A stretch of 64,000 nucleotides of DNA from Moraxella sp. (GCA_030525705.1 JAUNEE010000001.1:13705-77704); one strand, 5' to 3'; counted from the first letter of the stretch, positions 41,987 through 51,859 are shown. The notes: generated by a model not told the origin, from the sequence alone. Program-made: numbers and translations.

Positions 41987-42766
41987 ATGACCGAAAAACT
42001 CACCGCCCCTTTAAGCCCAAAAGAGCTGACCGCTCTTTGTGATGAGCTGTTATCTGCTCACGCATTTAAAGACTACTGCCCAAATGGGCTACAAATTGAC
42101 GCCGACACCCCCATAAAAAAAATCATCACAGGGGTCACCGCCTGCCAAGCACTCATCGAGGTCGCCATTAAAGAGAACGCTGACGCCATTTTAGTGCATC
42201 ATGGCTATTTTTGGAAAGGTGAAGCCCCTGCTTTGGTGGAGATGAAAGGTCGGCGTATCAGGCAGCTATTTAAAAATGACATCTCACTCATCGCCTATCA
42301 CCTACCCTTAGACGCCCACCCCACACTTGGCAATAACGCCAAGCTGGCTGAAAAACTGGGGCTATCCATCACAGGGGCATTATACCCCGAAGAAAAATAT
42401 CCCGTGGGCAATGTCGCCACCTGCCCTCCGATAAGTCCTGATGAGCTTGGCGAAAAAATCACCACCGTCCTTGGCAGAACACCCCTCATCATCAAAAGCC
42501 CAAACAAACACCCCATCACAAAAGTGGCACTTTGTACAGGGGGTGCACAAGACATGATAGAACAAGCCTACAAAATGGGCTGTGATGCCTTTATCTCTGG
42601 GGAAATCTCAGAACGCACCACGCACGCTGCTCGTGAGCTTGGCGTGCATTATTTTGCCGCAGGACACCACGCCACCGAAAAAGACGGCGTGCGAGCCTTG
42701 GGTGAATATTTAGCCACCCATCACGGTTTCGAGGTCCGCTTTATTGACATTGATAATCCTGCCTAA
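41987..42766 (+). CDS. Nif3-like dinuclear metal center protein (YbgI)
   Basis: DYCPNGLQ, LVHHGYFW, YHLPLDAHP, AAGHHATE, DIDNPA. Confidence 0.93.
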   Translation: MTEKLTAPLSPKELTALCDELLSAHAFKDYCPNGLQIDADTPIKKIITGVTACQALIEVAIKENADAILVHHGYFWKGEAPALVEMKGRRIRQLFKNDISLIAYHLPLDAHPTLGNNAKLAEKLGLSITGALYPEEKYPVGNVATCPPISPDELGEKITTVLGRTPLIIKSPNKHPITKVALCTGGAQDMIEQAYKMGCDAFISGEISERTTHAARELGVHYFAAGHHATEKDGVRALGEYLATHHGFEVRFIDIDNPA

Positions 42767-42799
42767 CCAAAGCACAAAACCAACTTGCATAGCACAAAT

Positions 42800-42831
42800 A
42801 AACCCCTGTGTCAAATTGGATTTAGGGGTTT
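42800..42831 (+). terminator. stem-loop after the Nif3-like gene
   Basis: aaacccct...aggggttt. Confidence 0.5.
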
Positions 42832-43197
42832 ATCTTTTAAAAAACTCAATTAGTGATTGTCTATTTTTTGTTATTTATCTCCAAGCATATTCATATAACT
42901 ATATGATTTTTAATAATTTTCTATAAAGTGACTAATGAGTTTAAATTTAAGTATTGACAAAGTATAAATTTATAAAATAAAAAAATATTTGTTTCAAATT
43001 TTGTCAAAAAATTCTTGATTACATTTTTTTAAAGGACGTTTTTGCCGTTTATCATAAAAAAATTACGCTTTATCGCCATTAAAAAAACTTAACTTGCACA
43101 ATTTCCAGTGATTTAAGATATTAAGCCTAAGCTTATTTTGGTCTGCTTTTTTAGCAAGTGAACTTTTGTACATCTTGTTCGCCTGACCAAGCTAAGA

Positions 43198-44598
43198 ATG
43201 CAGATAGATAATAACAATTACGTGTGTTTAAATTGTTTTGCTAGCTTGCCAAACTTAACAGTAGCCACGACCGACACCAGATTTTTTAAGGTGCAAATGA
43301 CTTGCCAGACAAGCCGTGTGGTGAACCCAAGGAGACATTCCGTGCATTACATTCACAGCCGATTAACCACAGACAACATAAAAAATACGCTAAAAAACAA
43401 CTTACAGCAAGCGACTTACACTCCGATTGAGCATAACTGCTGTCATCAAAGCTTGTATTTAAGTGGGTATTGCCTGCCACCTGCCAGCGAAATCACCCCA
43501 TCATCCGCACCAAAAAACATCAAGCTAAATGCAGCATGGCGTTTTGGTCGACTTGCCTTGCCTGCTTTAGGCTTATTTGCCCTAGTCGCCCCAAATAAAA
43601 GCTTAACCAACGTACAGCCTTTAAGCGGCATGGAAAAAATCAACATCACCAAAACCCTAACCGTCGCCGCCACGCCTGAGCATCTCTTCGTACATGATGG
43701 GCATATGCACGGGCTGGGTTATGATGTCGCCAATCGTTACGCCGACCACCTAGGGGCTGAGCTTGACATAAAATCTTATGAAGATGAAGAAAAAGCCCTA
43801 CGTGCCATTAAGCTTGGCGAAGCCGACATTTTAATTAGCAATAACAGCTATCAAAGCAAAGATGGCGTCATCGGTGAGCAAATTGCCTGCCAAAACAACC
43901 CAAGTTTTAGCGAATACGGCTTAAATAGCAATACAGGCTTTATTTTCAATCAAAATAACACTGCCTTGATTGAACACGCTAAAGGCTATCTGTGCAATAC
44001 AGAATCCGCAAAAGACACCAGCACCATGGCGAAATTCTACCGTGCAAACGCTCTGGACAGCTATAGCGTCATGCATTTTAACCGCGCCATGAAAGAAAGA
44101 CTGCCTTTATACCAGTACGCTTTTAAATCACAAGCGAAGAAATACGGGCATGACTGGCAGCTGCTTGTCGCCATCGGCTATCAAGAGTCTCATCTAGAGC
44201 CGACCGCAACCTCACGCACAGGCGTACAAGGCATTATGATGTTAACCAATGACACAGCCGCCGCCATGGGCGTAGAGGATCGTACAGATGCAGTGCAAAG
44301 CATTGAAGGCGGTGCACGCTACCTAAGCAAATTAAAAGAAAAATTCTCCGATGTGCCTGAATCTGAACGACTGTGGTTCGTCTTAGCAGCCTACAACATG
44401 GGTCCTTATGCCGTCAGAAATATTCAAGAGAAAATCGCTGAATCTGGTGAAAACCCCGACCTTTGGAGCAATTTTTACACCTATCTATCGGATAATGCTG
44501 GTAAAAATAGTCGCTATGTACAGTGCATGCACTATGTCACAAATATCCGCACCTATTTTGAGGCGCTAAAATTAGACGAAGAGCGTGTAAAAGCTTAA
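43198..44598 (+). CDS. MltF-like lytic transglycosylase (start uncertain, probably downstream)
   Basis: DWQLLVAIGYQESH, SRTGVQGIMMLT, SIEGGARYL, LAAYNMG; partial substrate-binding-like domain. Confidence 0.85.
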   Translation: MQIDNNNYVCLNCFASLPNLTVATTDTRFFKVQMTCQTSRVVNPRRHSVHYIHSRLTTDNIKNTLKNNLQQATYTPIEHNCCHQSLYLSGYCLPPASEITPSSAPKNIKLNAAWRFGRLALPALGLFALVAPNKSLTNVQPLSGMEKINITKTLTVAATPEHLFVHDGHMHGLGYDVANRYADHLGAELDIKSYEDEEKALRAIKLGEADILISNNSYQSKDGVIGEQIACQNNPSFSEYGLNSNTGFIFNQNNTALIEHAKGYLCNTESAKDTSTMAKFYRANALDSYSVMHFNRAMKERLPLYQYAFKSQAKKYGHDWQLLVAIGYQESHLEPTATSRTGVQGIMMLTNDTAAAMGVEDRTDAVQSIEGGARYLSKLKEKFSDVPESERLWFVLAAYNMGPYAVRNIQEKIAESGENPDLWSNFYTYLSDNAGKNSRYVQCMHYVTNIRTYFEALKLDEERVKA

Positions 44599-44603
44599 AA
44601 CTA

Positions 44604-44636
44604 AAAGTCCATCACCTGATGGGCTTTGGTTTTTTT
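44604..44636 (+). terminator. rho-independent terminator
   Basis: aaagtccatca-cc-tgatgggcttt followed by a T run. Confidence 0.7.
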
Positions 44637-44707
44637 AGCCCAAAGAATATGCTATAATAACGGCTTTAATATCCATTCCCAATGTCTGCCACATTGATGA
44701 TGACACC

Positions 44708-45088
44708 ATGACAAAGACCACCCTACTCATCACCGCTTCGCCCGACAGCCAAAAAGCCTGGCAGGCCCTACGCACCGCTCAAGACCACCTTCAGGCAGGT
44801 GATGATATTTCTGTGTTTTTTTATGGTGATGGCGCATATATCGCCAATGCCTTTCGCTGGCAAACCGCCGATGTGCCTGATATAGCAGCCGCATGGGCAG
44901 ATTTGCATAAAACATACGGACTTGCCCTACCTGTCTGTGTCAGCACGGCACTGGCACGGGGCGTCACCGACCAAGAAAACGCCAAACGTCACCATTTGAC
45001 AGGTGAAAACTTAAGAACGCCTTTTTATTTGGCAGGCTTATCCGAGCTTGCAATGATGGTTACAGACGGTCAATTAAAACAATTTTAA
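44708..45088 (+). CDS. tusD: sulfur relay protein TusD/DsrE
   Basis: VFFYGDG, VCVSTALARG, LAGLSEL. Confidence 0.85.
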   Translation: MTKTTLLITASPDSQKAWQALRTAQDHLQAGDDISVFFYGDGAYIANAFRWQTADVPDIAAAWADLHKTYGLALPVCVSTALARGVTDQENAKRHHLTGENLRTPFYLAGLSELAMMVTDGQLKQF

Positions 45089-45092
45089 AACA

Positions 45093-45422
45093 ATGAAACT
45101 GCATTTTATCATAAAAAGTGACAGCGAGCTTATTGGCTACGAGGCGATGGCACTCGCATTTTTATTCGCCAGCTTTGAACATGAAGTTCAACTTGAACTA
45201 AAAAAACCTGCTTTAAGCCTACTTTTAGATGACAGTACTCGCTTGCACGGCATGGTTAAATCCACGCCCTTGTATGACATTCCAGCTGTGTGGGTGGAGG
45301 ATTGCGGTATACTTTTAGAAAAAATAACTGAGCACGACCGAGCAGATTTTTCATCTGTGCTGACCGAAAAACCCACAGACAGCACTGTGCTTAATGGCTT
45401 TGATAGCGTATTGGTGTTTTAA
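45093..45422 (+). CDS. divergent TusC/DsrF-like protein
   Basis: EAMALAFLFASFEHEVQ...LYDI...FDSVLVF, between tusD and tusE. Confidence 0.6.
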   Translation: MKLHFIIKSDSELIGYEAMALAFLFASFEHEVQLELKKPALSLLLDDSTRLHGMVKSTPLYDIPAVWVEDCGILLEKITEHDRADFSSVLTEKPTDSTVLNGFDSVLVF

Positions 45423-45749
45423 ATGACTAATGAAACAATACTCACGCTCGATGATGATGGACATCTCATCAATCACAAGGATTGGTCACCCAAGGTGGCA
45501 CAGCACTTGGCGGACACACTTGATGTTACTCTGACGCAGGTGCATTATGATATCTTAGAGCAGGTGCGTGTGTTTTTCACCACTTATCATCACAGCCCTA
45601 GCACTCGCCCACTCATAAAGCATCTGACAGCCACTCTACCAGAACTTGACATCACTAACCAAAAACTACAAGCGCTATTCAATACAGGGCTTGTGGCGCG
45701 TCATGTTAATCGCCTAGCAGGCCTGCCAAAACCCCCGAACTGTCTTTAA
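45423..45749 (+). CDS. tusE: sulfurtransferase TusE/DsrC
   Basis: LDDDGHL, HSPSTRPL, C-terminal AGLPKPPNCL. Confidence 0.92.
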   Translation: MTNETILTLDDDGHLINHKDWSPKVAQHLADTLDVTLTQVHYDILEQVRVFFTTYHHSPSTRPLIKHLTATLPELDITNQKLQALFNTGLVARHVNRLAGLPKPPNCL

Positions 45750-46060
45750 GTAAGCACTTAAAGAACGTAATGGGCTCATACCAAACATTTAATAGCGTCC
45801 AGATAATCACTTACACTAAAACCCGAAAACCATTCTCAAGGCAAATTATCCATACCCCACGTTAAAAACACCCTAAAAACCGCCCCACCAACGCCTACTT
45901 TAACTCCATTAAATCCTCTCATTTAAAATACGCCCATTAAAAATCGCATATTTTAAAAAACACGCCATTTCATCGATGTACAAAAATAGCATGATTTTTG
46001 AAATTATCGCTGTTAAATGATATTATTTTTAAAGCATATATGCCTATTTTTAAAATGTTT

Positions 46061-46090
46061 TTGAAACATAAAATATGGATTATGTTAAAT
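46061..46090 (+). other. dif/cer-like site: perfect XerD arm, degenerate XerC arm
   Basis: ttgaaacataa-aatatgga-ttatgttaaat. Confidence 0.35.
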
Positions 46091-46139
46091 AAAAAGTGAT
46101 TCAATATAAATAATCCGCACGCCAAAAAACTTGTGTACA

Positions 46140-46186
46140 AAAAAACAGCAAAAACGGACAGATTTGACCGATAATTGCTGTTTTTC
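46140..46186 (-). terminator. probable terminator of trmL
   Basis: aaaaacagcaa...ttgctgttttt. Confidence 0.55.
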
Positions 46187-46203
46187 GCTTTGATTATTTA
46201 TAA

Positions 46204-46752
46204 TTATCTTGAAGTCGGCTTATGATAACCGACACTCCGCCCAACATCTCCCACAAAGCCAAGCTGACGCCACACTTCGTAAAGACAAATCGATACACTG
46301 TTGGCAAGATTTAAGCTTCTAGACTCAGGCAGCATTGGCAAACGCAGCCAGTTCTCCTCGCCAATATCCGCACGCACCTCATCAGGCAGACCGTCCGTTT
46401 CACTGCCGAACACCAGTGCCACCTTACCAGCCCCCGCTGCCTGAAAATTAAAATCGTAAGCATAAAAAGGACGACTAAACTTAGTGGTCATCGCTACCAT
46501 TTTTTCCACCCCCCAAGCAGCCAAAGCCGTCTTCGCCGCCGCCCAATCCTTATGCACCTGCAAATCGGCATATTCATGATAATCCAGCCCTGCGCGCTTA
46601 AGCTTAGTATCATCAAGCTCAAAACCCAAAGGACGCACAAGGTGAAGCATCGCCCCTGTATTAGCACACAATCGAATGATATTGCCCGTATTATTCGGGA
46701 TTTTTGGCGAAAACAGCACAATGTGCAAAAAAGGCGTATTCTTTGTCATCAT
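46204..46752 (-). CDS. trmL: tRNA (cytidine/uridine-34 2'-O)-methyltransferase
   Basis: PKIPNNTGNIIRLCAN, LKRAGLDYH, FGSETDGLP, RSLNLANS. Confidence 0.95.
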   Translation of the reverse strand: MMTKNTPFLHIVLFSPKIPNNTGNIIRLCANTGAMLHLVRPLGFELDDTKLKRAGLDYHEYADLQVHKDWAAAKTALAAWGVEKMVAMTTKFSRPFYAYDFNFQAAGAGKVALVFGSETDGLPDEVRADIGEENWLRLPMLPESRSLNLANSVSICLYEVWRQLGFVGDVGRSVGYHKPTSR

Positions 46753-46893
46753 CTACCTTTAATTTATAAAATAATTGGGCATTTTTGCATTAAACTTAAA
46801 AACACCCCTAGTTTTTTTAAAAAAATTTGGTTAAGATAAACACAGGTCGATAAGACCTATGGTTTTTATCATCATTCATCGTAAGGAGTTCTT

Positions 46894-47035
46894 ATGAAAA
46901 AGTTAGTTATCGCTTCTGTTGCTGCTGTTTTTTGTTTTAACAGGCTGCAACACCATCAAAGGCTTCGGCAAAGACATTTCTAAGGCAGGTCAAGAAGTTT
47001 CAAATGCCGCCAGCAGCGTACAGAAAAAAATGTAA
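46894..47035 (+). pseudogene. entericidin EcnA/B family lipoprotein with a +1 frameshift in a T6 tract
   Basis: AAGGAG RBS. Removing one T at 46928-46933 gives MKKLVIASVAAVFVLTGCNTIKGFGKDISKAGQEVSNAASSVQKKM*. Confidence 0.85.
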
Positions 47036-47040
47036 TTCCC

Positions 47041-47069
47041 AAAAACCCAAGCCAAAAACTTGGGTTTTT
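47041..47069. terminator. bidirectional terminator
   Basis: aaaaacccaag-ccaaaaa-cttgggttttt. Confidence 0.75.
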
Positions 47070-47073
47070 TAAT

Positions 47074-48234
47074 TCATAAAAACGCCTGCACTAAATGATT
47101 AACATAACGAAAACCAAGTGCTGTCGGGCGAATAATTCTCTTGTCATTAACCAAAAGCCCCTGTGCCTTTAGACGATCTAATGTCGGCTCTATCTGACTC
47201 ATACTAAGTCTTGTCGCACGCTCAAAATCCGCCACGGACACGCCATGCTTTAGCCTAAGTGCATTCATCATATATTCAGAAACCAGCTCTGACGGGTCAA
47301 TGGCACGCCACTGCACCATCTTAGGTGCCGTATCATAATTAAGATAATCCTTCGGCAGGCGTGATTTAGAAAAGCGATAAACTCCGCTATCATGTCCACA
47401 TACCCCTTTAGGAAGGCTAATTTTTCCGTGCGCTCCTGCACCAATCGCCAAATAATCCCCAAACTGCCAATAATTCATATTGTGCCGACACGGCGTGTCT
47501 TTTTCTCCCACCCACGCCGACACCTCATAATCATCAAAACCATGAGCGTATAAAATTTCCCTACCCGCACTTTCTATGTCCGCCAAAGTATCCTCACAGG
47601 GCAAGTCAGGCGGCGTACGAAAAAAAGCCGTATTTGGCTCGATGGTTAGCTGATACCAAGACAAATGCGTCACGCCTGCCTCTAGGGCGGTTTTCAAATC
47701 ACGCACGGCTTTTTCTACCGTTTGGTGCGGTAAGCCATACATAAGGTCGGCATTCACCCGTGAAAATCCCGCATGACAGGCTTGGCTGATGGCAGTTTCC
47801 GCTTGTTTAGCACTATGAATTCGCCCAAGCACCGTCAAGCTTTTTTCATCAAAGCTCTGCACGCCAATGGACAAGCGGTTAAAACCCACAGACAAATACT
47901 CATCAAAGGGTGCGTGTTCGATGGTTGCAGGATTCGCCTCAAGCGTCATCTCGCAGTCATCACTAAAAGACAATCTCTCTTTTAAGCCAAGAAACAGACG
48001 TTCATACGCTGGCACGGGCAATAAAGACGGCGTCCCCCCACCCACGAAAACACTGGTAATTTCTCGCTCTTGCGCCAATACGACCTGACTGTCCATATCC
48101 GCAAACAAAGCATCGACATATTGCTCAAAAGGCGGATTCTCCCCCATGGTATGAGAATTAAAATCACAGTAAGGGCATTTTTTGACACACCAAGGAATGT
48201 GAATATACAGCCCTAAAGATGACGCCATACTCAC
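47074..48234 (-). CDS. hemW: radical SAM heme chaperone HemW
   Basis: YIHIPWCVKKCPYCDFNS, GGGTPS, EANP, HNMNYWQFGDYLAIGAGAHG. Confidence 0.93.
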   Translation of the reverse strand: MSMASSLGLYIHIPWCVKKCPYCDFNSHTMGENPPFEQYVDALFADMDSQVVLAQEREITSVFVGGGTPSLLPVPAYERLFLGLKERLSFSDDCEMTLEANPATIEHAPFDEYLSVGFNRLSIGVQSFDEKSLTVLGRIHSAKQAETAISQACHAGFSRVNADLMYGLPHQTVEKAVRDLKTALEAGVTHLSWYQLTIEPNTAFFRTPPDLPCEDTLADIESAGREILYAHGFDDYEVSAWVGEKDTPCRHNMNYWQFGDYLAIGAGAHGKISLPKGVCGHDSGVYRFSKSRLPKDYLNYDTAPKMVQWRAIDPSELVSEYMMNALRLKHGVSVADFERATRLSMSQIEPTLDRLKAQGLLVNDKRIIRPTALGFRYVNHLVQAFL

Positions 48235-49433
48235 GCCGAAAACTCGAACTGCAACAGCTCAAAACGGGTATTTAAATGACGCTCCAAAGCGGGCAAATTA
48301 AACGCATCATCTTCACCAACCAACGCCACAGCCACGCCTGCCTGCCCTGCACGCCCCGTGCGTCCGATACGATGCACATAATCATCGGGCGTGTCTGGCA
48401 AGGTATAATTCACCACCAGTGCCACGTCATCGACATGAATGCCCCGCCCTGCCACATCGGTGGCGACAAGAATATTCGCCTTACCCTCTTTAAAGGCTTG
48501 CAAATGACGCTCCCGCTTATTTTGGGCGACATCACCCGACATCTCCACCACAGAAAATTCCTTTTCAAGCCTATCCACCAGCCGTCTGACTTGGTCTTTA
48601 CGATTGGCGAAAATAATGGTTTTACCTTGCTCGCTTCGTAAAATTTGCTTTAACGCGGGCAGTTTTTGTTCATCGCTTAATAGATAAATCTTTTGGGTAA
48701 TGTCGGCATTGGTTTTTTGGGCGGCGGCAATCTCAACAAAGGTTGGGTTTGACAGCCAGCGATACGCCAAATTCATCACATCGGTATTAAATGTGGCAGA
48801 AAATAGCAGGCTTTGGCGGTGCGTATTCGGCGGCAGGCGATTGATAATTCTTTTAATATCAGGGATAAAGCCCATATCCAGCATGCGGTCCGCCTCGTCC
48901 AAAACGAACACTTCCACCCTATCTAAAAACAGTACGCCACGCTGCACCCAGTCGATAATCCGCCCCGGTGTTCCAATTAAAATATCCAGCGGACGGCGAG
49001 CGAATGCCTTTTCTTGCTTATCCAAATCACTACCACCCGTTACACATAGGCTGTATAAAGAAGTTTTGGCGGTCAACGCCTGACAGTCGCTAAAAATCTG
49101 CTGTGCCAGCTCCCGAGTGGGTGCTAAAATCAATGCCCGTGGCTCGCCCAGATAATGCACTTCATCTTTGGCAAATGGACGCTTCAGCAAGGCTTCGATA
49201 ATCGTCAATAAAAACGTCGCTGTCTTGCCCGTGCCTGTCTGTGCCTGACCGATGGCATCATGACCTGCCAGCGTATAAGGCAAAATCTGAGATTGAATCG
49301 GTGTTAAATGCTCAAAACCAAGCTTCATCAACGCCGACTGTACAGGCTTAGACAAAGGTAATTCACAAAAACGCTGAAACTGCACGGTATCATGTGTAGG
49401 CAGGTTCTGGGTATTTTCTGGCAAATCAGTCAT
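48231..49433 (-). CDS. DEAD-box RNA helicase (RhlB-like)
   Basis: AQTGTGKT, PTRELA, LDEADRMLDMGF, SAT, YVHRIGRTGRAG. Confidence 0.92.
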   Translation of the reverse strand: MTDLPENTQNLPTHDTVQFQRFCELPLSKPVQSALMKLGFEHLTPIQSQILPYTLAGHDAIGQAQTGTGKTATFLLTIIEALLKRPFAKDEVHYLGEPRALILAPTRELAQQIFSDCQALTAKTSLYSLCVTGGSDLDKQEKAFARRPLDILIGTPGRIIDWVQRGVLFLDRVEVFVLDEADRMLDMGFIPDIKRIINRLPPNTHRQSLLFSATFNTDVMNLAYRWLSNPTFVEIAAAQKTNADITQKIYLLSDEQKLPALKQILRSEQGKTIIFANRKDQVRRLVDRLEKEFSVVEMSGDVAQNKRERHLQAFKEGKANILVATDVAGRGIHVDDVALVVNYTLPDTPDDYVHRIGRTGRAGQAGVAVALVGEDDAFNLPALERHLNTRFELLQFEFSA

Positions 49434-49457
49434 AATATCATCTTTTTTTAACCATCA

Positions 49458-49877
49458 TCACAGGGCGATATTTGGGGTTTTACCCATACAGGCAGAAAAG
49501 GATAACTCTTCTAGCATGGCAGCAAACACCGCCTTATCTTCATCATTTTCTAAAATATCCATGGTATAAACATGGTTTAAATCCGCCTGCCACGCCTCTG
49601 CGATTTTTTCCAAAAACGCCGTATGACTAAAAGACGTCGACAAAACCTCGAAACGCTCCGACAACAGCTTGGCAGCTTCCTCCTTTGCCAGTCCTTTTTG
49701 GCGAGCCACCGCCGAGGCAAACGCCCCTTGGCTGGCGATGGCACAAATAGAAGCACGATATTCCTCATCGCCTAAAGTGGCGTCATTTGCACTGACCGCT
49801 TGACTTAACAACAAGCCTAAAGCAAACCCCCCGAAAAGCACATAACGCCGCAGGCTTGCCCAATCAAATTTAAACAT
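49458..49877 (-). CDS. hypothetical exported protein
   Basis: Signal-peptide-like N-terminus ending AVSA; two Cys residues. Confidence 0.7.
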   Translation of the reverse strand: MFKFDWASLRRYVLFGGFALGLLLSQAVSANDATLGDEEYRASICAIASQGAFASAVARQKGLAKEEAAKLLSERFEVLSTSFSHTAFLEKIAEAWQADLNHVYTMDILENDEDKAVFAAMLEELSFSACMGKTPNIAL

Positions 49878-49958
49878 ACGTACCTCATTTAAGCTGTATT
49901 CCAATGACTTATTGTAGCACATTTTACACCCTGTGAGCGTGCTTAATTAAAAGACCCC

Positions 49959-49996
49959 TAACAAAAAACACAGCCCTATCGCTGTGTTTTTTGTTA
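49959..49996 (-). terminator. terminator of the csp gene
   Basis: taacaaaaaacacagc-cctatc-gctgtgttttttgtta. Confidence 0.8.
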
Positions 49997-50022
49997 ACGC
50001 TTGATGGTCTTTTTGTGAAAGC

Positions 50023-50232
50023 TTATAACTTGGTGACCTCTTCGGCTTGCAGCCCCTTATCACTTTGAGTAACGATGTATTCCACCGCCTGCCCTTCTTT
50101 TAGGGAGCGATAACCCTCACCTTGAATAGCACGAAAATGCACAAAAATATCTTCACCGCTGGCACGCTGAATAAACCCAAAACCTTTTGAGTCATTAAAC
50201 CACTTCACAGTACCTTGTTCACGAGCTGACAT
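50023..50232 (-). CDS. cold-shock domain protein (CspA family)
   Basis: [15 protein letters not shown] (RNP1) and DIFVHF (RNP2). Confidence 0.96.
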   Translation of the reverse strand: MSAREQGTVKWFNDSKGFGFIQRASGEDIFVHFRAIQGEGYRSLKEGQAVEYIVTQSDKGLQAEEVTKL

Positions 50233-50423
50233 AGCTGATTCCTATCCAATGCCTGTCCTAAGCGCAAATTCATTAAAGAGCCTAACCACAAGCGCATTTC
50301 TATCAAATTTTTGGTCATACCAAAAAACACCAACGCATATGCCAGCATATCCACCCAAGATGATGTCATCAAATAGACACAGTTTTTATACAACTTAGGC
50401 AACATCAAGCAATACACGCCCTT

Positions 50424-50451
50424 ATAATACCACGTTTGACCCATGGTTCAA
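50424..50451 (-). promoter_or_regulatory. sigma70 promoter of csp, implying a long 5' UTR
   Basis: Minus strand TTGAAC-16 bp-TATTAT with TG extension. Confidence 0.5.
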
Positions 50452-50565
50452 GTCTTTTGTAACAAAAAATCAAAATTTTTGTTGGTTTTTTGTATCTTTT
50501 TGGGTTATTTTTGCCATGATTATTTAAAATGCTTAACACAAACCTCACCCAGATAAGGCAAATTT

Positions 50566-51024
50566 ATGAAAAAAGTCGCCCTCATTAACGGTCCCAATCT
50601 TCATCTGCTTGGCAGGCGAGAGCCAGACATTTACGGCAGCACCACCCTTGCTGACATTGAAGCACAACTAAAAAGCCTCGCCCGTACGCATTACATTGAG
50701 CTTATCACCTTTCAATCCAATCACGAAGGCGACATCGTGGACTTTATTGGCGAAGTGGGGTTACTTGCCGACACGCCCATCGATGGCGTCATTATCAATC
50801 CTGCCGCCTTTACGCACACTTCAGTCGCCATTAGGGATGCTTTATCTGCCCTAAACAAGCCATTCATCGAAGTGCATTTATCCAACGTCCATGCTCGTGA
50901 GCCGTTTCGTGCACACTCTTATTTTTCAGATAAGGCTGTGGGCGTGATTTGCGGACTGGGCGTGATGGGCTATCAAATGGCACTAGAATGGTTTATCCAA
51001 TCATACAAAGATGGTCAGATTTGA
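50566..51024 (+). CDS. aroQ: type II 3-dehydroquinate dehydratase
   Basis: [48 protein letters not shown]. Confidence 0.96.
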   Translation: MKKVALINGPNLHLLGRREPDIYGSTTLADIEAQLKSLARTHYIELITFQSNHEGDIVDFIGEVGLLADTPIDGVIINPAAFTHTSVAIRDALSALNKPFIEVHLSNVHAREPFRAHSYFSDKAVGVICGLGVMGYQMALEWFIQSYKDGQI

Positions 51025-51076
51025 TTAACAGCTAAACCCCAACAGGCATTCACTTCATTTAATAAGGACAGATACA

Positions 51077-51859
51077 ATGAAAGCGTTGTTTTTAAGTGCG
51101 TTGTTTATTTGGCTTAGTATGTCAGCCCATGCCGATAATAGACTGGACAAGTTCGCAAAAATTTATGCTCCGCCAGATGAGTACTGTAAAGAAGATTGCT
51201 ATTATCTCGCCCCCTCACCACGTGACTTTCGTAACATTACTTTTGTCAATGACTTTCATGAAAAGCAGTCACAAAATTTAGAGCTGGCAGAAGACTGGCA
51301 TAATAACATACAAATTGTTTTAATTAGCAAAACAGAAGGTCGCTATGAATATAAAGTGCGTTTTGCGAAGTTTCATCGCCTACATAAAAAATATTACGTT
51401 GCAAAACAAACACCCTATGTGCTGACCGTGAATCAAATGGGTAGCAAAGAATACGCCAGCCGATACTTCGGCATTACCGATGAGAACGGCTACAGCCAAA
51501 GCATTACGCTTGATGCACCTTTAAAAGAAACGCACGAATTACAAGAAAAAGACTTAATCATTGATATGCGTGAATTTATCAATGTTATTGATGGCTACGG
51601 CAGTACAAATACCGCCTTTGATGGCAAATCAATCGGCACGTTTGAAGTAGGACCCGTATATGAACCTCATACACACATAAATATCCCCATGGCGTATCGA
51701 TTCACTTGTCCGAATCGCTCTCATGAATTTTATTATTTTGTCACAGATAATTCTGGTTATACACCCTATTTTAGATATAAAGGCTGTATTTACATTCCTT
51801 TTATGATTTTAGATAAAAAGTATGGGCAATTTCCTTATCACCATAACTACCGAAGATAA
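51077..51859 (+). CDS. hypothetical secreted protein
   Basis: AAGGA RBS, signal peptide ending SAHA, Tyr-rich. Confidence 0.75.
   Translation: MKALFLSALFIWLSMSAHADNRLDKFAKIYAPPDEYCKEDCYYLAPSPRDFRNITFVNDFHEKQSQNLELAEDWHNNIQIVLISKTEGRYEYKVRFAKFHRLHKKYYVAKQTPYVLTVNQMGSKEYASRYFGITDENGYSQSITLDAPLKETHELQEKDLIIDMREFINVIDGYGSTNTAFDGKSIGTFEVGPVYEPHTHINIPMAYRFTCPNRSHEFYYFVTDNSGYTPYFRYKGCIYIPFMILDKKYGQFPYHHNYRR

Noticed and set aside
46061-46090. Chromosomal replication terminus (dif)
   Set aside because: The XerC arm is poor, the spacer is 8 bp, and by eye strand composition and codon bias do not invert across the site. Kept only as a weak Xer-like site.
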